Shown here piece by piece: positions 44,678 through 54,495 of a DNA stretch of 64,000 nucleotides. The stretch is from Chitinophagaceae bacterium (lineage in GTDB: Bacteria; Bacteroidota; Bacteroidia; Chitinophagales; Chitinophagaceae). Where the stretch lies: NCBI GenBank assembly GCA_009885535.1, contig VFKL01000106.1, positions 83 to 64,082 on the forward strand. Reading direction: 5' to 3'. The position numbers and the translations under genes are program-made. Within the stretch, counting starts at the first letter, position 1. Every line of letters begins with the position of its first letter. The notes beneath the pieces were generated by a model, which made no database searches, was not told the DNA's origin, and saw nothing but the letters and a program-made list of their open reading frames with translations.

Positions 44678-45573
44678 AAATTTTAATCATAGGCTCTGAA
44701 GGTTTTATTGGCAGTCATCTCATAAACTTTTACTTATTAAAAGGTTATGATGTAATTGGCGTGGATTTGTTTGAGCAATCACGTTCTAATATTACTTATC
44801 ACCAACTATTAATTAATCACGATACTTTGTCTAATGTTTTGAAGCAACATTCATTTGATTATTGTATAAATGCGGCAGGAAATGGAGACGTTAATCTTTC
44901 TGTTTCAAATCCGGAACTAGATTTCAAATCCAATACTTTTTTTACATTTCAAATTCTCGAAGGAATAAGATTGTATAATCCAACTTGCAAATTTTTATAT
45001 ATTTCAAGTGCAGCCGTTTATGGAAATCCAGAAAAATTACCTGTTTCAGAATCAGATCCGGTGAAACCAATTTCTCCATATGGTTGGCACAAATTATTAT
45101 CAGAAAATATATGCAAAGAATATTTTGAATTATATAATATTCAATCCGCAATTGTGAGACCATTTTCTGTATATGGACCAGGTTTGAAAAAACAAATCCT
45201 TTGGGATCTATTTAATAAGTCGTCTAATCAAAATGCAACTTTGGAATTATGGGGTGGTGGTCAAGAAGCTAGAGATTTTATTTACATCGACGATTTGGTA
45301 AAAGCAATTGACATTATTATCTCGCAACCAAATTTGAAAGCGGAGATTTACAATGTAGCCTCTGGTGAAATGACCCTTATCAAAGATATTTCGACTTTAC
45401 TACTCATTAATTTAAATAGAAAAATACACATTGTTTTCAATGGATTGATTCACAAGGGTAATCCAATTCAATGGAAAGCTGATGTTTCAAAGTTATTTGC
45501 GTTGGGATTTATACCAACTATACATATTGAAGAAGGCATTCCTAAATTAGCAACTTGGCTAAAAACGCAATAG
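44674..45573 (+). CDS. NAD-dependent sugar epimerase/dehydratase (extended SDR)
   Basis: 299 aa. 'ILIIGSEGFIGSHL' (GxxGxxG) and 'SPYGWHK' (YxxxK). It joins the upstream gene through an ATGA overlap. Confidence 0.8.
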   Translation: MKILIIGSEGFIGSHLINFYLLKGYDVIGVDLFEQSRSNITYHQLLINHDTLSNVLKQHSFDYCINAAGNGDVNLSVSNPELDFKSNTFFTFQILEGIRLYNPTCKFLYISSAAVYGNPEKLPVSESDPVKPISPYGWHKLLSENICKEYFELYNIQSAIVRPFSVYGPGLKKQILWDLFNKSSNQNATLELWGGGQEARDFIYIDDLVKAIDIIISQPNLKAEIYNVASGEMTLIKDISTLLLINLNRKIHIVFNGLIHKGNPIQWKADVSKLFALGFIPTIHIEEGIPKLATWLKTQ

Positions 45574-45584
45574 AATCCAGTGTT

Positions 45585-46730
45585 TTGAAAAAAATAACTT
45601 ATTTAATTGATGACAAATTGGGCGGAGTTAGTTCGCTTAACCTTAATCTAATAAATCAAGCACCAATTGGTTTTTTACAAACAGTAATTAATATTTCGGA
45701 ATTAAATGCATCTTATACTAAAGCCGGAATAAAATATCCTGTTCATAAACAAATTGAATTTGTGGTTGATAACAAATGCAATGCATATACTATTTTAAAA
45801 AAATTAAGGTCGTTAATTCCAGAAGAAGAAGGAGTTTTGATTTTAAATTACGGGACAGAAATGGCAATGCTTGATCATTATTCTGTTTTGCAAACTACAT
45901 TTCAATTGGTGCATGATGAATATAATCTTCGATTGGCAAAAGAATTTGGTCATGTTGTGGATGTATTTATTTGTCATAATGCTTTTATAGAAGAACAGTT
46001 ATTAAGCATGTATCCTAAAAGAAAAAAAGACATTTTTTTCTTGTCGCATGGCGTAGAAATTCCTGGTTTTTACAGAAATCACCTTCCTAAAAATATGCCA
46101 CTTCGTTTATTATTTTTAGGAAGGTTTTCAAAGTCAAAAGGAATTTTTGATTTGCCTAAAATAGCTGAAATATTAAGATTGAAAAATGTTCCTGTAACCT
46201 GGACTTGTATTGGCGCAGGGCCTGAGGAATATGATTTTAAAACAAGTTGGCATAAACTTGATGAAGTGGAATTTTTATCTCCAAGAACAAATGCAGAAGT
46301 AATTCACATTGCATCGCAACATGATGTATTTGTTTTGCCTACTAAATTTGAAGGCACACCTGTTTCTTTATTGGAAACAATGAGTGTTGGTTTGGTGCCT
46401 GTAATTACTTCATTAAACGGAGGCATTCAAGAAATTGTAACAGAAGATATTGGTTTTGCATTGCAAATAGACGATAATGAATCTTTTGCCAACTCAATTG
46501 AAAAGCTGCATCACAATCGTGAACTTCTAGAAATGATGAGTATTTCATGTAGAAATAAAATCATCTATCAATTCAATCTTGAAAATACTTCAAAATCATA
46601 CTTTTCCGTTTTTTCGAATCATTCGACTTTTAAAAAAGAAAAAAAAATACAGAAGAGAAAATTAGGTTCAACTTTAGATCAGCCGTTTTTACCTAATATG
46701 GTTACTCGATTTATTAGAAACTTAAAATGA
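45585..46730 (+). CDS. glycosyltransferase family 4
   Basis: 'LFLGRFSKSKGIFDL' and 'LPTKFEGTPVSLLETMSVGLVPVITSLNGGIQEIV'. The ORF is open from 45555. I place the start at TTG 45585 ('MKKITYLIDDKLGG'), just past the upstream stop. Start confidence is low. Confidence 0.7.
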   Translation: MKKITYLIDDKLGGVSSLNLNLINQAPIGFLQTVINISELNASYTKAGIKYPVHKQIEFVVDNKCNAYTILKKLRSLIPEEEGVLILNYGTEMAMLDHYSVLQTTFQLVHDEYNLRLAKEFGHVVDVFICHNAFIEEQLLSMYPKRKKDIFFLSHGVEIPGFYRNHLPKNMPLRLLFLGRFSKSKGIFDLPKIAEILRLKNVPVTWTCIGAGPEEYDFKTSWHKLDEVEFLSPRTNAEVIHIASQHDVFVLPTKFEGTPVSLLETMSVGLVPVITSLNGGIQEIVTEDIGFALQIDDNESFANSIEKLHHNRELLEMMSISCRNKIIYQFNLENTSKSYFSVFSNHSTFKKEKKIQKRKLGSTLDQPFLPNMVTRFIRNLK

Positions 46731-46790
46731 TTTTTCTTTAGCTTGATTTTTTTGGAGCGTGAAAAAAATGTATAAATATTATCAGTTATC

Positions 46791-47705
46791 ATGGAATCAC
46801 CGTTAGTTTCGGTTTGTGTATTCACCTACAATTACGAAAAATATTTACATCAAACTATTGATAGCATTGTTTCACAGCAATGTGATTTCGATTTTGAAAT
46901 ATTAATTTGTGATGATTGTAGCACAGATAATACTTTAAAAATTGCGAACCAATTTCAAAAAAAACATCCAGAACTTATTCGAGTTTTAGAACATGCCGAA
47001 AATCTTGGTGGGACAAAAAATTGGATTAGAGCAATACAATCTTGTAAAGGAAAGTACATTGCATTAATGGATGGCGATGACTATTTTTCGGATTCAACTA
47101 AATTAAAGAAGCAAGTTGAAATCATGGAACGTGACAATACATTGGTTTTATGCTTTCATTCTGTAGATGAAATTTATGATGATGCTCCAGAGTTAAATAA
47201 AACAGTCTCTTTTGAAAAAGAATATTACGATCTTGGAGACTTTATAAAAAATGGTTGGTTTGTAAGAACATCATCTACATTTTTCAGAAACAATGTAATC
47301 TCAAATGAAATACCACAATGGGTTCATGAATATCCTTACCGATTTGATACGATTTTACATGTAATGCTTTGTCAACATGGAAAAGCATACAATTTGAAAG
47401 AAAGTTTAAGTGTTTGGCGAAAACATAAACAAGGCATGTCAAATTGGTTAATGCGAAATCAGGTGGAGAATGCACAAAAAAAAATCGATTTGGCAAATAG
47501 ATTAAATGCGTTTACTCAATTTGAATTCAAAAAAGAGTCAGCGTATTTTATTGCTCAAGAAAAAACAATGTTGTTTTTCTATTTCTTGAGAAATGTTGTG
47601 TTTTGGAAACACCCTGTTTTATTTGTGAATTGTTTTTTAAAAATTGACTACAAACTCTTGTTTAAACTATTAAAAGGGAAAAGGCATGGAATTAAAAATG
47701 CTTGA
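46791..47705 (+). CDS. glycosyltransferase family 2
   Basis: 304 aa. 'LVSVCVFTYNYEKYLHQTIDSI...ILICDDCSTDNT' and 'MDGDDY'. Confidence 0.8.
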   Translation: MESPLVSVCVFTYNYEKYLHQTIDSIVSQQCDFDFEILICDDCSTDNTLKIANQFQKKHPELIRVLEHAENLGGTKNWIRAIQSCKGKYIALMDGDDYFSDSTKLKKQVEIMERDNTLVLCFHSVDEIYDDAPELNKTVSFEKEYYDLGDFIKNGWFVRTSSTFFRNNVISNEIPQWVHEYPYRFDTILHVMLCQHGKAYNLKESLSVWRKHKQGMSNWLMRNQVENAQKKIDLANRLNAFTQFEFKKESAYFIAQEKTMLFFYFLRNVVFWKHPVLFVNCFLKIDYKLLFKLLKGKRHGIKNA

Positions 47706-48390
47706 TTGGGATAGTGCGTTTTTTGAAAAAAAAATATTTTCAGTACAATTAAATAATTATGATAATATTGATGAAGTAGAATTTCAATTACAAAATGAAA
47801 ATGCTGATTTAGCTTATATATTCATTCCAGTAAATTCAGAAATTGAAAATAAAGTTGCAGAAAAATCAAACTTAGTTTTGTTCGATCACAAACTAACATA
47901 CAAAATGATACTGTCTGAAAAGGTTTTTCAAACTGTCGAAAATGTTGAAGAAACAGATGCAGATCCTGATGACGATTTTATTTCTTTAGCAATTTCATCG
48001 GGAGTTCATTCTCGTTTTGCATTAGACCCATCATTAAATCATAAGTTCGAAGAATTGTATGGGCTTTGGCTTCGAAATTCTCTTAATAAAAAATTGGCTG
48101 ATAAAGTTTTTGTAACGAAATCTAATGATTTTATTACATCGTTTATTACATGTAAAATTAAAAATGAAATAGGCAACATAGGGTTAATTGCTACCCATGC
48201 AGATTATAGAGGTAAATCTTTGGGAAGAAATCTAATTAACCATGTTCATCATTGGTATTTGCAGAATAACATAAATGTTTCAGAAGTAGTAACTCAACAA
48301 TCAAATGCAATTGCTTGTGCTTTTTATGGAAATTATGGTTTTGAAATTTCACAAGAAGATTTGGTGTATCATTGGCATTTTAAAAAATAA
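47686..48390 (+). CDS. wecD: GNAT acetyltransferase, WecD-like (dTDP-4-amino-4,6-dideoxygalactose N-acetyltransferase)
   Basis: 234 aa. The N-terminal 'LDWDSAFFEKKIFSV' resembles the WecD N-terminus. The C-terminal GNAT core is 'IATHADYRGKSLGRNLI'. It lies directly upstream of wecE. Confidence 0.6.
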   Translation: MELKMLDWDSAFFEKKIFSVQLNNYDNIDEVEFQLQNENADLAYIFIPVNSEIENKVAEKSNLVLFDHKLTYKMILSEKVFQTVENVEETDADPDDDFISLAISSGVHSRFALDPSLNHKFEELYGLWLRNSLNKKLADKVFVTKSNDFITSFITCKIKNEIGNIGLIATHADYRGKSLGRNLINHVHHWYLQNNINVSEVVTQQSNAIACAFYGNYGFEISQEDLVYHWHFKK

Positions 48391-48393
48391 TTA

Positions 48394-49542
48394 ATGACAA
48401 TTCCTTTTAATAAGCCATTTATCAGTGGCAATGAATTAAAATATATTGAACTTGCTGTTCATAGTGGAAAGATTTCTGGCGATGGCATGTACACGAAAAA
48501 ATGTCATTCTTTTTTTCAGACACAATATGGCTTTAAAAATTGCTTGCTTACCACTTCATGTACTGATGCTTTAGAGATGTCTGCAATTTTGCTTGATATC
48601 CAACCCGGAGATGAAGTAATTATGCCATCTTTTACATTTGTGTCAACTGCTAATGCTTTTGAATTACGCGGCGCTAAAATAATATTTGCGGATAGTCGCC
48701 CTGATCATCCTGGTATGGACGAATCAATTTTAAAAAAGCTAATCACTTCAAAAACAAAAGCAATTGTAGTGGTACATTATGCAGGTGTTGCTACAGATAT
48801 GGATTTGATCATGAATTTGGCAAATGACCATGGGATTTTTGTTGTAGAAGATGCGGCGCATTGTATCGATAGTTTTTATAAAGGAAAAGCACTTGGTAGC
48901 ATCGGTCATCTTGCAGCCTTCTCTTTTCATGAAACAAAAAACATCCAGTGTGGAGAAGGGGGCATGTTGGTTATTAATGATGAACAATTTTTTACTCGCG
49001 CTGAAATTATAAGAGAAAAGGGTACCAATAGGTCATCGTTTTTCAGAGGTGAAGTAGATAAATATGGCTGGGTTGATATCGGGTCTTCTTTTTTACCTTC
49101 AGAAATAACGGCAGCATTTTTGTTTGCCCAACTAGAAAATTTAAATAAAATCCAAGAAAAAAGAAAAGCAATTTGGAATGTTTATAACGAAACGTTTTCA
49201 AAAAGCGATTTGGTGGAAAATATAAAACTTCCTTTTATTCCTGATTTTGCAACTCAAAACGGACATATGTTTTATGTAACCTGTCGAAATTTAACAGAAC
49301 GTCAATTTCTCATAAATAATTTAAAACAGGAAGGTGTTTACGCCGCATTTCATTATCAATCTCTTCATCAATCAACTTATTTTAAACAAAAGCACGATGG
49401 AAGAAAGTTGGAATGGTCTGACTATTATACGGATACACTTTTAAGATTGCCACTTTATTTTGAACTTGAATTATCACAAGCAGCTATAATTGCTCAATCG
49501 ATTATAACGTCAATTCACCAAATTAATAATCAACTTGTATAA
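48394..49542 (+). CDS. wecE: dTDP-4-amino-4,6-dideoxygalactose transaminase
   Basis: 382 aa. 'IPFNKPFISGNELKYIELAVHSGKISGDG...LLTTSCTDALEMSAILLDIQPGDEVIMPSFTFVSTANAF' is nearly collinear with E. coli WecE/RffA as I remember it. Confidence 0.85.
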   Translation: MTIPFNKPFISGNELKYIELAVHSGKISGDGMYTKKCHSFFQTQYGFKNCLLTTSCTDALEMSAILLDIQPGDEVIMPSFTFVSTANAFELRGAKIIFADSRPDHPGMDESILKKLITSKTKAIVVVHYAGVATDMDLIMNLANDHGIFVVEDAAHCIDSFYKGKALGSIGHLAAFSFHETKNIQCGEGGMLVINDEQFFTRAEIIREKGTNRSSFFRGEVDKYGWVDIGSSFLPSEITAAFLFAQLENLNKIQEKRKAIWNVYNETFSKSDLVENIKLPFIPDFATQNGHMFYVTCRNLTERQFLINNLKQEGVYAAFHYQSLHQSTYFKQKHDGRKLEWSDYYTDTLLRLPLYFELELSQAAIIAQSIITSIHQINNQLV

Positions 49543-49547
49543 ATAAA

Positions 49548-50402
49548 ATGCTACAAGAAAAAATCCCTTTGGTTAGTGTATTAATGACTTCTTTCAACAG
49601 AGAAAAATTTATTGAAGAATCGATGTATAGCGTTTTGAATTCTACGTTTGTTGATTTAGAACTTATAATTTCTGATGATTGTTCATCAGATAATACGATA
49701 AATATTGTAAAAAAAATGGCTCAACTTGATTCAAGGGTAAGGTTACACATAAATGATAAAAATCTTGGCGATTATCCCAATAGAAATAAAGTAGCAAGTA
49801 TTGCCAATGGTAAATATATCATGTATGTTGACTCTGATGATACGATTAAAAAAGATGCAATTGAATATGCTGTAAAGCATTTGAATGTAAACCCTAATGC
49901 TAAATTTAGTGTGATTTATCCTTTTGAAGATATTGAAATTCCAATAGTTTTGACTCCGGCAGAAAGTTTTAAAAAGCATTTTTATCATAAAAGCTTTTTA
50001 AATCTAGGTCCGGGTGGTGTTGTTTTTAATCGAGATTTTTTCTTATCAAATTCAAGTTATAATATACAGTATGGACCTGCAAATGATTTATATAGTCATT
50101 TGAAATTTGCTTCAAAAGGAGATGTGCTATTATTGCCGTATCGGTATTTGAATTATAGAATTCATGATGGACAAGAATCGACTAATAAATATGTTTATTT
50201 ATATTTAAATCAGTTGGTGATTAGAAATGCATTGAAAGAAATTGAATTGCCATTTAACAAAATGGAAAAAAAAAGAATTTTACAAAAAAAAAGCATCTCA
50301 AACTTGTTATCTATAATTCGTTACGGGATAAAATATAAAAATATCAAACAAGCGTTTATTGCTTTTAAAAAATCTGCTTTTAAAATAAGTGATTTTATAT
50401 AA
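49548..50402 (+). CDS. glycosyltransferase family 2
   Basis: 284 aa. 'LVSVLMTSFNREKFIEESMYSV...LIISDDCSSDNT' and 'VDSDD'. Confidence 0.8.
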   Translation: MLQEKIPLVSVLMTSFNREKFIEESMYSVLNSTFVDLELIISDDCSSDNTINIVKKMAQLDSRVRLHINDKNLGDYPNRNKVASIANGKYIMYVDSDDTIKKDAIEYAVKHLNVNPNAKFSVIYPFEDIEIPIVLTPAESFKKHFYHKSFLNLGPGGVVFNRDFFLSNSSYNIQYGPANDLYSHLKFASKGDVLLLPYRYLNYRIHDGQESTNKYVYLYLNQLVIRNALKEIELPFNKMEKKRILQKKSISNLLSIIRYGIKYKNIKQAFIAFKKSAFKISDFI

Positions 50403-50446
50403 ATTAATACTTTCTTTCCTTCCAATATCCAAAAAATCCATAAACC

Positions 50447-52270
50447 ATGTGCGGAATAGCGGGCATTATTGGCCCAAATAATAATCAATTTTCCATCACC
50501 TCCATGCTCGAAAGAATTAAGCACCGAGGTCCTGACGGATTATTTTACTGGAATAGCAATAACATCGATTTGGCACATGCACGATTGAGTATTATCGACT
50601 TAAGTGCCAATGCCAATCAACCAATGATTGATGAGGAAACGGGTAATGTAATCGTGTTCAACGGTGAGATTTATAATTACATCGAATTAAAAGAACAATT
50701 AAAAAATAAATACAACTTCAAAACGCAATCGGATACAGAAGTATTACTCGCCACTTATCGAATTTACGGCTTGGAAATGTTTTCGAAACTAAGGGGAATG
50801 TTTGCTTTTTCTTTATTTGATCCTAAATTAAACAAGGTGTTAATTGCCCGCGATCGTTTGGGCATCAAACCCTTGATTTATCGTAAAATTGGTAACACAT
50901 TTTTATTTGCTTCAGAAATAAAATCTTTAATTAATCAAGGGATTTCGGATAAAGTAAATGAACTAAAAGTATACGAATTTTTGGCTGATGCAAGAATGGA
51001 TGCAGATGAACATACTTTATTTGACGGCGTGAAACACTTGTTGCCAGCGCATTACATGTGGGTTGGTTTAAATGGTGAAAGCTCGGTTCCAAAAACATTT
51101 TGGGATTTTCCAGAATTGGGAAATAGGAAATTTGATGAAAATGCACGACTTGAATTGATTGAAACAATGGATGAAAATATAAAAATCCATTTGCGTTCTG
51201 ATGTTCCTGTTGGTACTTTTTTATCCGGAGGTTTAGATTCTTCTACTGCAACTGTTTTTGCTTTGAAAAACATGAAACAAGATAATCTAAATGTATTCTC
51301 CGCTATTCTTCCTTACTTCCATCCAGAGAACTCGCTTATTAATGAAATTGCAGATTCTGATAAACGGATTATTAAAAATGAGCTGCTATTATCTGGCGAT
51401 CATTTTTTTGAAGATATTCCAAAAGTAATTTACCAAAACGGAAGTCCAATTCTTGATGGTTCTATGTATACCCATTATAAATTATGTAAGCTGGCTAAAG
51501 ATAAAAATATTAAAGTGTTGCTTTCCGGTTCTGGTGGAGATGAATTATTTGGTGGTTACGAATCTATGGTAAATGCACAACATGCTAGATTGCTATATCA
51601 AGGGAAATTTTTAAAGTATTTCACAGAACTTTTAAATTTTAGAAAAGCAAGAGAAAATAACACATACTCACATCTGTTTTTAAGAAGCAGTTATGAATAT
51701 CTACCGGTATCGGTTAGACGCTTTGTAAAAAATACACAATTACACCTGAAGTTTAAACATATAACCATTCATCCGGATGTGCAACATTATTACTATAATC
51801 ATCCAGATCCGTATGTTGCCAATATGCTTAATAATTACAAAAGCTGGACCGCGCCTCATTTTTTACATTATGAAGATCGAAACTCTATGAATTTTGGAAT
51901 TGAAATTAGGGTGCCATTTTTTGATCATAAACTCATCGAATTTGTACTTCAGTTTAATACGGATGATATCATTAGTGGAAACAGTAAAAGCATCATGCGA
52001 AAAACATTTAGGGGAATTGTTCCTGATAAAATTCTAAATCAAAAAGGAAAATACGGATTCCCATCCCCTTTAGATCATACACTTCGTACTAATGAAATTG
52101 GAAAAGAAATTTTTTTTGATAGAGCAGAAAAAACATTTTTATTAGATCCAAAGAAAACGAAAAAATTAGGCATGGATTTTTATAACGGGAAAGCCGATTT
52201 GAGCACTTTTTGGCGAACATTGAGCTATATGATTTGGTATCAATTGTATTTTGAAAACAAAAATCAGTAA
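50447..52270 (+). CDS. asparagine synthase-family glutamine amidotransferase, paralog 2
   Basis: 607 aa. 'MCGIAGII', 'FNGEIYNY' and PP-loop 'FLSGGLDSS'. Confidence 0.85.
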   Translation: MCGIAGIIGPNNNQFSITSMLERIKHRGPDGLFYWNSNNIDLAHARLSIIDLSANANQPMIDEETGNVIVFNGEIYNYIELKEQLKNKYNFKTQSDTEVLLATYRIYGLEMFSKLRGMFAFSLFDPKLNKVLIARDRLGIKPLIYRKIGNTFLFASEIKSLINQGISDKVNELKVYEFLADARMDADEHTLFDGVKHLLPAHYMWVGLNGESSVPKTFWDFPELGNRKFDENARLELIETMDENIKIHLRSDVPVGTFLSGGLDSSTATVFALKNMKQDNLNVFSAILPYFHPENSLINEIADSDKRIIKNELLLSGDHFFEDIPKVIYQNGSPILDGSMYTHYKLCKLAKDKNIKVLLSGSGGDELFGGYESMVNAQHARLLYQGKFLKYFTELLNFRKARENNTYSHLFLRSSYEYLPVSVRRFVKNTQLHLKFKHITIHPDVQHYYYNHPDPYVANMLNNYKSWTAPHFLHYEDRNSMNFGIEIRVPFFDHKLIEFVLQFNTDDIISGNSKSIMRKTFRGIVPDKILNQKGKYGFPSPLDHTLRTNEIGKEIFFDRAEKTFLLDPKKTKKLGMDFYNGKADLSTFWRTLSYMIWYQLYFENKNQ

Positions 52271-52281
52271 TAATTATTGCT

Positions 52282-54495
52282 TTGTCTACAATAAAAAACA
52301 TATTATATATCGGCAGTTTAGATACTTTATCTAATTCTTACATGCGGTTTAAAACCTTAAATAATATGGGTTTTAATGTAGTTGGAATTGATATAGACCA
52401 ATATGTTTTTGGGAGCGTATGGATGCGTTTTCATTTCCATCTTTGCACTGGTCCTGGTATCGTTTCTTTAAATCAAGAAATCAAAAAACAAGTTGATGAT
52501 TTTAAACCTGATTTAATTTGGGTGGATAATAAGCCCTATGTAAAATCATCAACTTTAAAGCAAATAAAAAACCAATATCCCCAAATAAAAATCATCAATG
52601 TAATAACCGATGATCCATTTGGCAAATTCCATTATGCATGGAGGGCAATTTATAAGACATTTAAATTTTACGATTGCCATTTTGTGCAACGAGAAGAAAA
52701 TATTTCAGAGTTAAAAAATTGGGGCGCCAACAGAGTTGAAACTTGTTTTCGCTCATTTGATCCTAATTTTCATCGAATTTTAAATGATCAAGAATTCGAC
52801 TTAAATAATTATAAAACAGAAGTTGGTTTTATTGGTTCTTATGAGGAAGATAGAGAAGAATACATCGCGTATCTCGTTCAAAATGGAATTAAGCTAACCA
52901 TTACAGGTGATGGTTGGTCTGATGGAAAACATTGGAATATCTTAAAAGAATTTTACACCGGCCCTTCTGTTTATGGGGATGAATACATCAAAAGGATAAA
53001 CGGCATGGAAATCGCATTGCACTTTTTGCGAAAAGCGAATAGAGATCAACAAGACAGTAGAACATTTGAAATTCCTGCTTGTGGAACGTTTATGCTTGCC
53101 GAAAGAAGTCATCTACATCTGAATTTTTTTAAAGAAGGAGATGAGGCAGATTACTTTACGTCTAAAGAAGAACTTTTAAAAAAAGTGAAGTATTATCTAA
53201 ACATCAAAATAGATCGAGCTAAAATTGCATTAGCAGGTTACAGGAAATGTTATTCTTCAGGTTATGATCATCAAAGTCGATTAACCCATATAATTGATTG
53301 TATCAAAACAAATGATATTGTTATAAAAAAAATCAAAAGAATTGTTGCCTGTATTTATATCGATCCAGATTTTTATCCACCCACAATTAACGCGATAATT
53401 AATTTATCTGAAATTTGCGAAGAGCTTGTTGTTGTTACAAGAAATCATGCGAAACTTGATTTTCCTTTTCCTGGAAATGTTAAATTAGTAAAATTAGGGA
53501 ATCAAATGTCGGTGCTTGAAACCGAAAAAGCAAGCTTGATAAAAAAAGTATTTTCATTTTTAAATTTCACAGCCAATACTTTAAAATATGGGTTGAAAAA
53601 TTCAACAAATGTGATGGTTTTTTATGATGCCATACCATTGCTTTCATTTTTTATTTTAAAGCAATTTTATTATAAACAGTTGAAAGATAAAACCATTTGG
53701 TACCATAATCATGATATGCCCAATACACATAATGTAAGAAAGTATTCTGTAGGCTGGTTTGCAAGCAAGTACGAACATCGAGCCATGAAGGATATCAATT
53801 TGTTTACTTTACCATCTGATGACAGACTTGATTTTTATCCTGAATGGAAATCAATGAATAAATATATTTCAATACCCAATTATCCCTCATTAAATGTTTA
53901 TAAAACAAGTACTTTAGGTAAAATTCCATCAGATGAAATTCGAATTATTTTCCAAGGTACTATTGGCGAAGAACATGCTTTAGAAGCATTGATTGAATTG
54001 TTAAATGATAAAATTGAAGGGAAAAGTTTACGATTGGTACTAAAAGGAAGCGTACGGCCAAACTATAAAAAAACATTATCTGAACTAGCCGAAATGAAAG
54101 GTGTTTCAGATCGAGTTGATTGGGTTGGGCTTGGCCCATATTGTGAATTGCCTGCGCTTACAACCACATGCCACATTGGTATAGCTATATACATGGGTAA
54201 TGACAACGTAAGAAAAACTTTAGGTACAGCATCAAACAAAATTTACGAATATGCCGCATCTGGCTTACCTGTAATTCTTTATGACAACGCACAATTTAGA
54301 AAGTATTTGGATAAATACAATTGGACATTTTTTACTGATGGTTCTGCGTCTTCTTTAAATGAAATTATTCGAAAAATTGTTTTGAATTATAATGAGATAT
54401 CTGGTTCCTCAAGAAATAGTTTTGAATCAGAATTGAATTTTGAAAATAAATTCAATCAAGTTTTAAGTTATATAAATGCATCAAAAAAATGCTAA
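52282..54495 (+). CDS. two-domain protein: CgeB-like glycosyltransferase domain fused to a GT-B (GT4-like) domain
   Basis: 737 aa. The N-terminal half carries 'FEIPACGTFMLAERSHLHLNFFKEGDEADYFTSKEELLKKVKYYL', a Glyco_trans_1_2/CgeB-type motif. The C-terminal half carries 'IFQGTIGEEHALEALI...NKIYEYAASGLPVILYD'. The apparent start is TTG. Confidence 0.65.
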   Translation: MSTIKNILYIGSLDTLSNSYMRFKTLNNMGFNVVGIDIDQYVFGSVWMRFHFHLCTGPGIVSLNQEIKKQVDDFKPDLIWVDNKPYVKSSTLKQIKNQYPQIKIINVITDDPFGKFHYAWRAIYKTFKFYDCHFVQREENISELKNWGANRVETCFRSFDPNFHRILNDQEFDLNNYKTEVGFIGSYEEDREEYIAYLVQNGIKLTITGDGWSDGKHWNILKEFYTGPSVYGDEYIKRINGMEIALHFLRKANRDQQDSRTFEIPACGTFMLAERSHLHLNFFKEGDEADYFTSKEELLKKVKYYLNIKIDRAKIALAGYRKCYSSGYDHQSRLTHIIDCIKTNDIVIKKIKRIVACIYIDPDFYPPTINAIINLSEICEELVVVTRNHAKLDFPFPGNVKLVKLGNQMSVLETEKASLIKKVFSFLNFTANTLKYGLKNSTNVMVFYDAIPLLSFFILKQFYYKQLKDKTIWYHNHDMPNTHNVRKYSVGWFASKYEHRAMKDINLFTLPSDDRLDFYPEWKSMNKYISIPNYPSLNVYKTSTLGKIPSDEIRIIFQGTIGEEHALEALIELLNDKIEGKSLRLVLKGSVRPNYKKTLSELAEMKGVSDRVDWVGLGPYCELPALTTTCHIGIAIYMGNDNVRKTLGTASNKIYEYAASGLPVILYDNAQFRKYLDKYNWTFFTDGSASSLNEIIRKIVLNYNEISGSSRNSFESELNFENKFNQVLSYINASKKC

